A DNA stretch of 46,891 nt, taken from positions 1 through 46,891 of the forward strand of contig CAYYBB010000001.1 in NCBI GenBank assembly GCA_964469465.1. Reading direction: 5' to 3'. Position numbers and translations under genes: made by a program. Below are positions 19,347-27,478 of the stretch, piece by piece (the stretch's first letter is position 1; each line of letters begins with the position of its first letter). The DNA is from an uncultured Actinomycetota bacterium (GTDB lineage: Bacteria; Actinomycetota; Humimicrobiia; Hakubellales; Hakubellaceae). The notes below the pieces were generated by a model. It saw only the letters and a list, made by a program, of their open reading frames with translations. It did no database searches and was not told the DNA's origin.

Positions 19347-19353
19347 AATTTCG

Positions 19354-20799
19354 TTATGCGATCCTTTCTAGAACTCGCTCCAGCCCTATGGCTCGAGAGG
19401 CCTTAATTAGAAGCACATCTCCAGAGCTCAATATCTTTTTTATCTCTTTTGCGGCATCATCCAAACTCTCCGCCAGCAAAGCTTGCTTTGGTTCCAGCCC
19501 AGCTTCCAGGGCGGCTTCATAAATATATTTAGACAGCTCACCCACAGCAATTAGAAAATCTATCTTCTGCTCCACTACTTCCCGCCCTATCTCCCGATGG
19601 TAGTAGACCGCTTTCTCCCCCAATTCCAGCATATCGCCCAGCAAAGCGATGGTCCTGACCCTCTTGCCCACATGGCTAAGGGTCCTCAGAGCTGCCTTCA
19701 TGGACATGGGATTGGCATTATAGGCATCGTTGATAATACGGACACCATCTACTCTGACCATCTCCATCCTCATGCCCGAGAGCTGTGCCCTCTGCAGACC
19801 TTCCTTTATCTCCTCCATGAGAACACCCAGCTCATCCGCCAGAGCGGCAGCCGCCAGGGCATTGGCCACATTATGCTCCCCCATGGCCTCTAGCTTTACC
19901 CCGATCCTTCTATCTCCACTTACCAGTTGGAAACTGGGCCTGGCCTCTGCATCCAGCTCTATATCCGTAGCTTGCACTTCTGCCTCTGAATCTATTCCAT
20001 AGCTGACTACTCGGCCCCGGGCCTTGCTCGCCATATAAGGGAACCAGCGGTCATCCCGATTGAGAACCACCAGACCTGTTTCCAGTATGGCCTCTACCAG
20101 CTCTCCCTCGGCTCTGGCTATCCTGTCCTCTGAACCCAGAGTCTCCAGATGCACTGGCCCAATCCTGGTCACTATGCCCATATCTGGTCTTAGAATCTCA
20201 CACAGTTGGGTGATCTGTCCCTCCCCTCTCATGCCCAGCTCCGCTACAAGGATCTCATCCTGAGAATCAGCACCCAGAATAGTCAGAGGCAGCCCCACTT
20301 CGTTATTGTAGCTTTTGGGGGTAGCCCAAACCTTGAACCTTCTGGCCAGAATCGATTTGAGAAAATCTTTGGTAGAGGTTTTGCCGGTACTCCCCGTAAG
20401 GCCTATAGTCCGGTAGCTGGACCGATTCCTGAGCTCCCGGGCCAGGGCCTGAAGAGCTGCCAGACAATCCCTCACCTGGATGATAGCAAGATCACCTTTT
20501 TGCATCCTGGCCCTGCTGATGTTACTCTGCCGAGCCGAGCCATCTCGTGGCACCCCCTTCTGCCCGCTGGACAACTCAGCATAAGAGCGGGAGGTCAAGA
20601 ACCCTATCGCACCCCTGGATATGGCCTCCCAGATAAAATCGTGTCCGTCAAACCTCTCTCCCTGGAGCGGAACGTAAAGATCCCCTGGCTGCAGGGTTCT
20701 GGAATCCGTGGAAATGTTAAGGATGAGCTGTGATGGTTCTCCCCTTACTATCCTTCCTTCCATTATCCTGGCTAGATCTTCCAACTTGATAGGCATCAT
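19354..20799 (-). CDS. murF: UDP-MurNAc-tripeptide--D-Ala-D-Ala ligase
   Basis: TDSR, GERFDGHDF, TGSTGKTSTK, NNEVGLP, NDAYNANP, LGDMLELG, KASR. Confidence 0.97.
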   Translation of the reverse strand: MMPIKLEDLARIMEGRIVRGEPSQLILNISTDSRTLQPGDLYVPLQGERFDGHDFIWEAISRGAIGFLTSRSYAELSSGQKGVPRDGSARQSNISRARMQKGDLAIIQVRDCLAALQALARELRNRSSYRTIGLTGSTGKTSTKDFLKSILARRFKVWATPKSYNNEVGLPLTILGADSQDEILVAELGMRGEGQITQLCEILRPDMGIVTRIGPVHLETLGSEDRIARAEGELVEAILETGLVVLNRDDRWFPYMASKARGRVVSYGIDSEAEVQATDIELDAEARPSFQLVSGDRRIGVKLEAMGEHNVANALAAAALADELGVLMEEIKEGLQRAQLSGMRMEMVRVDGVRIINDAYNANPMSMKAALRTLSHVGKRVRTIALLGDMLELGEKAVYYHREIGREVVEQKIDFLIAVGELSKYIYEAALEAGLEPKQALLAESLDDAAKEIKKILSSGDVLLIKASRAIGLERVLERIA

Positions 20800-22271
20800 A
20801 GACTTTCGGCCAGAACTCTTTTGGCCACCTCCCGATCGTCAAACTCAATCTCATAGCCGGCAAACTCCTGCACCCTTTCATGTCCCTTGCCGGCAATGAG
20901 GACAAAATCCCCCGCTCTGGCCATACCTATAGCCCGTCTGATAGCTTCCTCCCGGTCCTCAATAATCAGATATCTATCCTGGCCTGGGGTGGCTTTGATC
21001 CCTTTTTCTATCTCTCCAATGATCTTGAGAGGGTCCTCTGAACGGGGATTATCAGAGGTAATAATGGTAAAATCGGAAAGCTCACCGGATACAGAGCCCA
21101 TAATAGGTCGCTTCCCTCTATCCCGGTCTCCACCACATCCAAAAACAGTGATCAGGCGGCCCTGACTTATCTTTCGGGCAGCCCTGATGGCATTCTCCAG
21201 CCCGTGAGGAGTATGGGCATAATCCACTACAACCGTAAATTTCTGACCCAGATCAATGCGCTGGAACCGTCCGGGAACTTCGGTTACTGACTCGATGCCC
21301 TGTTTTATCCTGTCCAAAGAAACGCCTGCCCAATAACCTACTCCCGCAGCTGCCAGAATATTGTAGATATTAAAGGCTCCACTCAAGGAAGTTTTTATCT
21401 CTATTTCATCTCCGCCGATATTTAGAACAAAACTGATTCCCTCTTCTCTGATGACTGCCTGCCTGGCGCTTATGTCTGCAGTACGCTCGAAAGAGAAGGT
21501 AAGAGTTGGGAGATGGGTGTCGCGGGCAAGCTGACGACCGTGCTCATCATCTATGTTGATCACCGCGTTCTTGGCGGTGAAGAATTGGCCATCTTTGTCC
21601 ACAAAAAGAGATCTTTTGACAGCGAAATAGCGATCCAAAGTACCATGAAAGTCAAGATGGTCCTGGCTCAGATTAGTAAAAACCACGGTCTCGAAAGAGA
21701 GGAAATCCACCCGCCGAAGCGCTATGGCATGGGAGGAGACCTCCATCACGCAGACATCTACCCCTCTTCTGGACATCTGGTCCAGAAATTGGTTAAGGGT
21801 CAAGGACTCCGGAGTTGTCCTTGATCCCTGAAATTCCACATCGTCAATTCGGTAGGTCACCGTGCCGAATAGAGCGGTCCGATAACCACCAGATCGCAGC
21901 ACAGCCTCGGAGAGAAAGGAAGTAGTGGTCTTGCCGTTGGTGCCAGTGATGCCCACCACTCTTATTCTATGCGAAGGATGGCCGTAAAATTGGCATGAGA
22001 CCCGGGCCAAAGCCCGTCTGGTATCCGGCACAGCTATCTGGGTAGTCTCCTTAAGTCCTTCCTGCCAGCTCTGCACCAGGACAGCCCTTGCTCCTCTGGA
22101 TACAGCTTCCGGCACAAAGCTATGGCCGTCCTGTCTGAAGCCCCTGATGGCTACAAAAAGATGGCCTGGCAACACCTCTTGGGAGTTGAAGGAAACACCG
22201 GAGATATCTACATCTGTAGGACCTTCGATTTTGGTAATTATCAAGTCTTTGATCAGTCCGTCCAGCCTCAT
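20796..22271 (-). CDS. murE: UDP-MurNAc-dipeptide--meso-DAP ligase
   Basis: TGTNGKTT, MEVSSH, DYAHTP, FGCGGDRD, SDNPRSE (DAP-type motif), AGKGHE. Confidence 0.97.
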   Translation of the reverse strand: MRLDGLIKDLIITKIEGPTDVDISGVSFNSQEVLPGHLFVAIRGFRQDGHSFVPEAVSRGARAVLVQSWQEGLKETTQIAVPDTRRALARVSCQFYGHPSHRIRVVGITGTNGKTTTSFLSEAVLRSGGYRTALFGTVTYRIDDVEFQGSRTTPESLTLNQFLDQMSRRGVDVCVMEVSSHAIALRRVDFLSFETVVFTNLSQDHLDFHGTLDRYFAVKRSLFVDKDGQFFTAKNAVINIDDEHGRQLARDTHLPTLTFSFERTADISARQAVIREEGISFVLNIGGDEIEIKTSLSGAFNIYNILAAAGVGYWAGVSLDRIKQGIESVTEVPGRFQRIDLGQKFTVVVDYAHTPHGLENAIRAARKISQGRLITVFGCGGDRDRGKRPIMGSVSGELSDFTIITSDNPRSEDPLKIIGEIEKGIKATPGQDRYLIIEDREEAIRRAIGMARAGDFVLIAGKGHERVQEFAGYEIEFDDREVAKRVLAESL

Positions 22272-22498
22272 CTCTCTGCCTCAAGGCCAATTCCCTCAGT
22301 TTCAATAAGACCATTCTAGCATACCTGATGCGCTTATTCTCATTGCCCAACATATCAAATAAGCGGTTAGAAATATCTCAGATGCCCTCTCCCTTTTCCA
22401 GGTGCAGTTAAGATATAGTCAAAGGAAACCTTTTCTTAATTAAAGATAGTAAAGATAGGGTGGCTGAGTAGTTACAATTGCCTTAAGATCCTGCTTTT

Positions 22499-24217
22499 TC
22501 AGAAACCTTCACTCTTTGGTGGTACCCTCAGGTGTCGAAGGGTGAATTCCATGACTTCCTTGAAAAGAGGGGCTGAGACAGTACCTCCCCAAACATCTCC
22601 AGCAGAAGAAGAGGGTTCATCTATAACTACCACTATCGCTGCCTGAGGATCGCTGGCCGGAGCAAAACCGACAAAGGAGACAATGTTTCTGCCCTCATCA
22701 TAACCCAACCCGTCGGAATCAACTTTCTGGGCCGTCCCCGTCTTTCCAACCACCTCATATCCAGCAATTTCAGCTCTGGTTCCGGTCCCACTTTTTACTG
22801 CCTCCCTCAGCATGGCTGTAATCTGCCGGGCTGTATCTTCAGAGACCACCCTGACTCCTTGTTTTCCCTCTCCAGGCCTGGAGATCCGACCATCCGGGTA
22901 AACAATGCGATCGACTAGATATGGCCTTATCAGAATGCCCCCATTAGCAAATACGGTATAGGCCATCAAAAGTTGCAGCGAGGTGACGGATATTCCCTGA
23001 CCAAAGGAAATGGTCGCTTTGGTTGACCTGGACCAATTCTTCACTTCGGGCAAAATGCCCCTCTCCTCGCCGGGCAAATCTATACCCGTCCTCTCCCCCA
23101 AGCCGAACTTCCTCAGATAATTATAAAGCTGCTGATCCTCCAGAAGTCCTGCCACCAGAACAGCTCCCACATTAGCGGAGTAGGCCAGAATCTGAGTTAC
23201 CGTATAGTCTGTTTCCTGGTTGCGATGGGGTTCTTTGATAACTTTGTCCGCCACTTGAATAGTAGGAGGAAGATGAAAATATTGCCCGGGGCCCACCAGA
23301 TCCTCTTCCAGGGCAGCGGCTACGATTACGGACTTAAAAGTGGATCCCGGTTCGTAGACCAAAGAAGTAGCCAGATTTCTCATCATGTCTTGGGAGACGT
23401 CATAAAACTTATTCAGATCGAAAGTGGGATAACTGCTCATAGCCAGTATCTCTCCGCTATCCGGGCGCATCACGATGACCGTGCCCCGTTTGGCCCGATA
23501 TGCCTCCACTACCTCTTTCAGCTTTTGATCACAAAAAAACTGGATGTCTTTGTCCAGGGTGAGATAGATATCACCACCATTAACAGGATCATCCCTGGTG
23601 GTATAGGTCCCTGGGATGAGCTTTCCATAGGAATCTCTTTGAGCCACCACTACTCCATCTTTTCCATGAAGGACATTTTCATACTGCAACTCCAGACCGC
23701 TCAGTCCCTCATTATCCACCCCTACAAAGCCCAAGCTCTGGGCAGCAAGCTGAGCATGGGGGTAGAATCTTTTGCTCTCCTTCATAAAATATACGCCATC
23801 CATACCCAGTTCCCGGACCCTTTCGGCCAGTTCTGGTGGAACCTTACGAGCTAGAAAGACAAATCCAGTATCCGGTTGAGTTAACCTCTTTTTAAGCTCC
23901 TCCTTATCCTTCTCCAGGATAGCCGATAATTCTTCCGCCACCGACTCAGGGTCCTTAACAAAATAGGGGTTAGCGAATATGGTTACTTCTTGAGTACTCA
24001 CAGCTAACTGATTGCCATCTCGGTCAAAGATGGTACCTCTTTCGGCCAGAAAGGAATAATTATTGAGATGCTGAGTCTGAGCCAGATCCTCAAAGCTCTG
24101 GGCCGAGATAACCTGGATAAAAATCAATCTATAGATAATAACGAGAAAGCCAGCTATGAAAAGGAAAAGTAGAGCAAGAATTCTTGCTCTACTTTTCTCC
24201 ATCTGCTTTTTCCTCAT
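22499..24217 (-). CDS. ftsI: Class B penicillin-binding protein FtsI/PBP3-like
   Basis: ERGTIFDR, EPGSTFK (SxxK), SANVG (SxN), KTGTAQK. Confidence 0.95.
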   Translation of the reverse strand: MRKKQMEKSRARILALLFLFIAGFLVIIYRLIFIQVISAQSFEDLAQTQHLNNYSFLAERGTIFDRDGNQLAVSTQEVTIFANPYFVKDPESVAEELSAILEKDKEELKKRLTQPDTGFVFLARKVPPELAERVRELGMDGVYFMKESKRFYPHAQLAAQSLGFVGVDNEGLSGLELQYENVLHGKDGVVVAQRDSYGKLIPGTYTTRDDPVNGGDIYLTLDKDIQFFCDQKLKEVVEAYRAKRGTVIVMRPDSGEILAMSSYPTFDLNKFYDVSQDMMRNLATSLVYEPGSTFKSVIVAAALEEDLVGPGQYFHLPPTIQVADKVIKEPHRNQETDYTVTQILAYSANVGAVLVAGLLEDQQLYNYLRKFGLGERTGIDLPGEERGILPEVKNWSRSTKATISFGQGISVTSLQLLMAYTVFANGGILIRPYLVDRIVYPDGRISRPGEGKQGVRVVSEDTARQITAMLREAVKSGTGTRAEIAGYEVVGKTGTAQKVDSDGLGYDEGRNIVSFVGFAPASDPQAAIVVVIDEPSSSAGDVWGGTVSAPLFKEVMEFTLRHLRVPPKSEGF

Positions 24218-24251
24218 GGCTTTAGCCCACGTTACTCTTTTTTCTTTGTTT

Positions 24252-24420
24252 GTTTCAGTCTTCTATCTTACGGAGTCAAGTCTGCAACAAGATGGAACAG
24301 ACCTAGTGGCTTTCAGCCTCCTATCTCACGGAGTCAAGCTACTTTGTTTCTTTTGAGTCATTCTAATATTGCTAATCACCTTTCTTTCAGTCTCCTATCT
24401 TACGGAGTCACAAGGGAGCC
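24252..24420 (-). CRISPR. Degenerate orphan CRISPR-like mini-array (3 repeats, 2 spacers)
   Basis: Three copies of a 28-29-nt core (plus strand 24253-24280, 24311-24338, 24385-24412) separated by unrelated sequence. The best copy reads GTTGCAGACTTGACTCCGTAAGATAGAAGACTGAAAC (37 nt) on the minus strand. Consensus has a CTCC/GGAG stem followed by an 8-nt ACTGAAA(C/G) tag. Periods are 74 and 58 nt. Confidence 0.65.
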
Positions 24421-24891
24421 TATGGTACCCAGGGTCAATCCCTTTTGCTCCTTAGAACTCAGGACTGCTCCTACAAAAGGCTTCTCCTTCACCTCCCCTA
24501 CTTTGCCTTTACCCCGATTTTCCACAGCGAGGTATTTTACCTCACCAGGCATAACCATCCCCAGCTTGTCGCTGGCTATAGTGATGATCCTCTGAGGTGA
24601 TTTTAGCTCAGCCAGCTCCAGACTCAATCGGGTATTCTCATCCTGCACCCTGGATATTTCATTTTGGAGGGAATTCAGACGCAGTCCATTCTCCATGATC
24701 TGAGCCTGGAGAGCTACGTAGGCAAAGGCCAGGAGGCCTAAATATACTGTAGTCAGCACAAACATGCGAAAGAAGTAACCTCGGGTCGACTTTTTGCTGG
24801 TCTTTCTACCAGTGCCACCTTTGACCAGACGTAGTTCCGGCTCTTCAACGTTTGGTTCCTTGATCTTCAATTTTCGGGCTACTGAAGCCAT
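24400..24891 (-). CDS. ftsL: Cell division protein FtsL
   Basis: Position between rsmH and ftsI, single TM, coiled coil, LKSPQRI...LGMVMP motif. Confidence 0.85.
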   Translation of the reverse strand: MASVARKLKIKEPNVEEPELRLVKGGTGRKTSKKSTRGYFFRMFVLTTVYLGLLAFAYVALQAQIMENGLRLNSLQNEISRVQDENTRLSLELAELKSPQRIITIASDKLGMVMPGEVKYLAVENRGKGKVGEVKEKPFVGAVLSSKEQKGLTLGTIGSLVTP

Positions 24892-24897
24892 CGATCA

Positions 24898-25848
24898 TCA
24901 CCCTTGTATCTTTTCCATAGCCCTTAACTTGGCGCTGGAACTCCTGGGATTCCTGGACATTTCTTCTATGGAAGGTGTGACAGGCTTTTTGGTCAGAATC
25001 TTTGCCTTTTTCACTCCTCCACATTGACACTGAGGAAGCTCTTTGGGACAGATACACTCCTCTGCTAACTCCCTGAAAATGCTCTTGACTATTCTATCCT
25101 CCAGGGAGTGATAGGAGATAACAACCAGACGTCCTCCTTTCCGCAGACGCTCAAAAGATCCCCTCAGGCCAGCTTCCAGGGAATTCAGTTCGTCGTTTAC
25201 CTCTATCCTCAGAGCCTGGAAGATGCGTTTGGCCGGGTGGCCTCTTCTTCTCTTGGCCCGAGGAATAGCCCGCTCTACTATTCCCACCAGGTCTGTGGTA
25301 GTAACCACAGGTTCTCTGACTCTCTCCTGAACAATGAAGTGGGCAATCCTTTTAGCCCACCTCTCTTCCCCGTATTTTCGGAATATGTCCGCCAGAGAGT
25401 CCTCTGAATACCCATTGACAACATCATAGGCCGTCAGAGGAGCAGATCTATCCATCCTCATATCCAGCCTCTCCTCCCTCAGATAGCTAAAGCCCCTTTC
25501 GGGACTCTCTATCTGGAGGGAGGAGAGACCGAGGTCGAAGAGGGAGCCATCCACGGCTTCGACGCCCAGCCTGGTAAAGATAGAACCTACGTTTTTAAAG
25601 TTCTCCTGGACAAGGACGAAGTGGCCCTCATATTCTTGTAATTGCTCCCTGGCTGCCTCCAGGGCCACCTCGTCCCTATCTATCCCCATCAGCCTGCCGC
25701 CCGGAACGATCTCCTCCAAAATCGCCCGGGCGTGGCCTCCGCTGCCAACAGTGTAATCAACGATCAGGTCTCCCTTCCTGGGATTCAGGTAAAAGAGCAC
25801 CTGATCTACCATCACTGGAATGTGCCACTTTCTGGGCTGCTCCTTCAT
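24898..25848 (-). CDS. rsmH: 16S rRNA m4C1402 methyltransferase
   Basis: HIPVM, GGHA, DLGLSSLQ, RGFSY, LDMRMD, FQALRIEVNDEL, SYHSLEDR, NPRSSSAKLR. Confidence 0.98.
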   Translation of the reverse strand: MKEQPRKWHIPVMVDQVLFYLNPRKGDLIVDYTVGSGGHARAILEEIVPGGRLMGIDRDEVALEAAREQLQEYEGHFVLVQENFKNVGSIFTRLGVEAVDGSLFDLGLSSLQIESPERGFSYLREERLDMRMDRSAPLTAYDVVNGYSEDSLADIFRKYGEERWAKRIAHFIVQERVREPVVTTTDLVGIVERAIPRAKRRRGHPAKRIFQALRIEVNDELNSLEAGLRGSFERLRKGGRLVVISYHSLEDRIVKSIFRELAEECICPKELPQCQCGGVKKAKILTKKPVTPSIEEMSRNPRSSSAKLRAMEKIQG

Positions 25849-25854
25849 AGAGCC

Positions 25855-26289
25855 CTAAAACCCTACCGCGGTCATGTCCTCAGAAATCTCGGCATATCTC
25901 TGGCTGGCCCGATGATGGAACTCCTCCCAGGTTCCCCGGTCCCAGATCTCCAGACGCCCTGATACCCCCACGATGACTATGTCCTTATCCAGACCAGCGT
26001 ATTCCTTTAAATGCCCTGGGATAGTAATACGGCCCTGCTGATCCAGAACCTCATCACTGGCCTGGGAAAGAAACCAACGGGCAAAACCCTGGGCATCCTT
26101 CTTGGTCATGGGCAGAGACTTAACCTTTTCCTCAAAGTCCTTCCACTCCTCTTTGGGAAAGACAAAGAGGCACTTCTCATTCAGTCCGATGGAGATAATA
26201 AGACCATCGGCCAACTCCTCCCTGAACTTGGCCGGAATAATGAACCTCCCTTTATCATCTATGGTTCTGTTAAAAGTGCCCAGGAACAT
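25855..26289 (-). CDS. mraZ: Division/cell-wall cluster repressor MraZ
   Basis: MFLG...DDKGRFIIPAKFR and DQQGRITIP duplicated motifs. Confidence 0.97.
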   Translation of the reverse strand: MFLGTFNRTIDDKGRFIIPAKFREELADGLIISIGLNEKCLFVFPKEEWKDFEEKVKSLPMTKKDAQGFARWFLSQASDEVLDQQGRITIPGHLKEYAGLDKDIVIVGVSGRLEIWDRGTWEEFHHRASQRYAEISEDMTAVGF

Positions 26290-26361
26290 GAGACAAAATC
26301 CTTAAAGATTGCATTGGATAATCGATTATATTCAATAATCCCATGCTGCTATATTATTATT

Positions 26362-26397
26362 CTCCACTTTCCTCCATTTTCCTCTATTTTACTCCAA
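26362..26397 (-). promoter_or_regulatory. MraZ-binding direct repeats
   Basis: Minus strand TTGGAG-TAAA-ATAGAG-GAAA-ATGGAG-GAAA-GTGGAG: 10-bp periodic GTGGAG-like boxes upstream of mraZ. Confidence 0.7.
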
Positions 26398-26762
26398 AAC
26401 AATGCTATTTTCTACCCCTTGAATCCCCTTTCGAGTATATTTTTTAGATGAAACAGCAGACCCCTAAAAACTGCTGTTTGTTGGGCTGATAAAGGAGTCA
26501 TAAGGATCCAAAGGATTGTAGTTTGAGCGCCTCAGAAAGGGAAATACGACTACCCCATGGGTGGGACATAGACTGTGGGAAAAAGAATAGCGGAAACTTT
26601 GAAAGCTGATTTGCTACGACATAATAGATATTACGAGATGCCTTTTCCGCCTCCAGCCGGTGAGAGTATAATATGAATATGAAGATAAAGCTCTTGGACA
26701 AAGGATGATCTGTCTGACCAAGAGAGGGGGGATATCTATCCGATCAGGAGAGGAGGCCAGAG

Positions 26763-27143
26763 ATGGATCTGGGTATTATCGGGACTTTCCAGATAGTCTT
26801 CGCTATCACTGTGGCCGTTTTCTTGGTAATCTTCATCCCCGTGGCTATCCAGTTATATAAAGTTCTGGGCAACGCAAACCGGGTGCTTAAACAGGTGAAT
26901 GACGAGGTTGCTCCTATTCTCGACCAGTTGGAACATACTGTTGAAAGGGCCAACACCGAGCTGGCTAGCCTGGATCAAATCGTGCGGTCGGCGAAGGAAA
27001 CTGTTGGTAATGTAAGCAAAATAGCTAAGGCGATTCGGGGCGTCATTTCGTCTCCGGCGGTAAAGTATGGCACCGCGTTAGTAAGCCTGTTAGTAACGAT
27101 ATCGAGGCTAAGGCGGAGGAGGAAAAAGAAAAATAATACCTGA
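26763..27143 (+). CDS. DUF948/YoxC-like membrane-anchored coiled-coil protein
   Basis: AGGAGG RBS, N-terminal TM, helical heptads, basic C-terminal tail. Confidence 0.7.
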   Translation: MDLGIIGTFQIVFAITVAVFLVIFIPVAIQLYKVLGNANRVLKQVNDEVAPILDQLEHTVERANTELASLDQIVRSAKETVGNVSKIAKAIRGVISSPAVKYGTALVSLLVTISRLRRRRKKKNNT

Positions 27144-27478
27144 GCGAATAATACCTTTTACTCCTTGCGATAAATATTCCGCCGAGATACCTAGGCTCCC
27201 AACAGACTCAGGAGAAACCCTGCTGACGTATGCAAAGGAAACTTACCGCGAACCGAGAAAGCCCATTTGGTGTAGATCAGAAGGAAAGCTCTCAGGCCTG
27301 GCCTCACATATGCGAATGCCTCCCCCCACCCTCAGTAAACTTCCCCACTGGAATAGGTTGAACCAAGGTTCATCACAAAGCCAGGCCTGATGGCCAGTTA
27401 AAGTAGGAAACAGCCCAGCACTTGCACAACCCTTACAGTCCTCCCTAACCCATCCCCTGGCGAAATCAGATCCAGTTC

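Noticed and set aside
20500..20590. About 25-aa insertion in the MurF N-terminal domain
   Set aside because: Falls in a normally variable loop; no repeat, intein or mobile-element signature.
22290..22303. GTTTCAATAAGACC, resembling the start of some CRISPR repeats
   Set aside because: Single partial copy; no second repeat at spacer distance and no similarity to the 24252-24420 repeat beyond TGAAAC.
26451..26479. AAACAGCAG/CTGCTGTTT inverted repeat upstream of mraZ
   Set aside because: Isolated 9-bp stem between divergent genes; no function can be supported from sequence alone.
27331..27350. CTCAGTAAAC...CCCACTG, similar to the reverse complement of part of the 77-bp repeat
   Set aside because: Too short and gapped to distinguish from chance.
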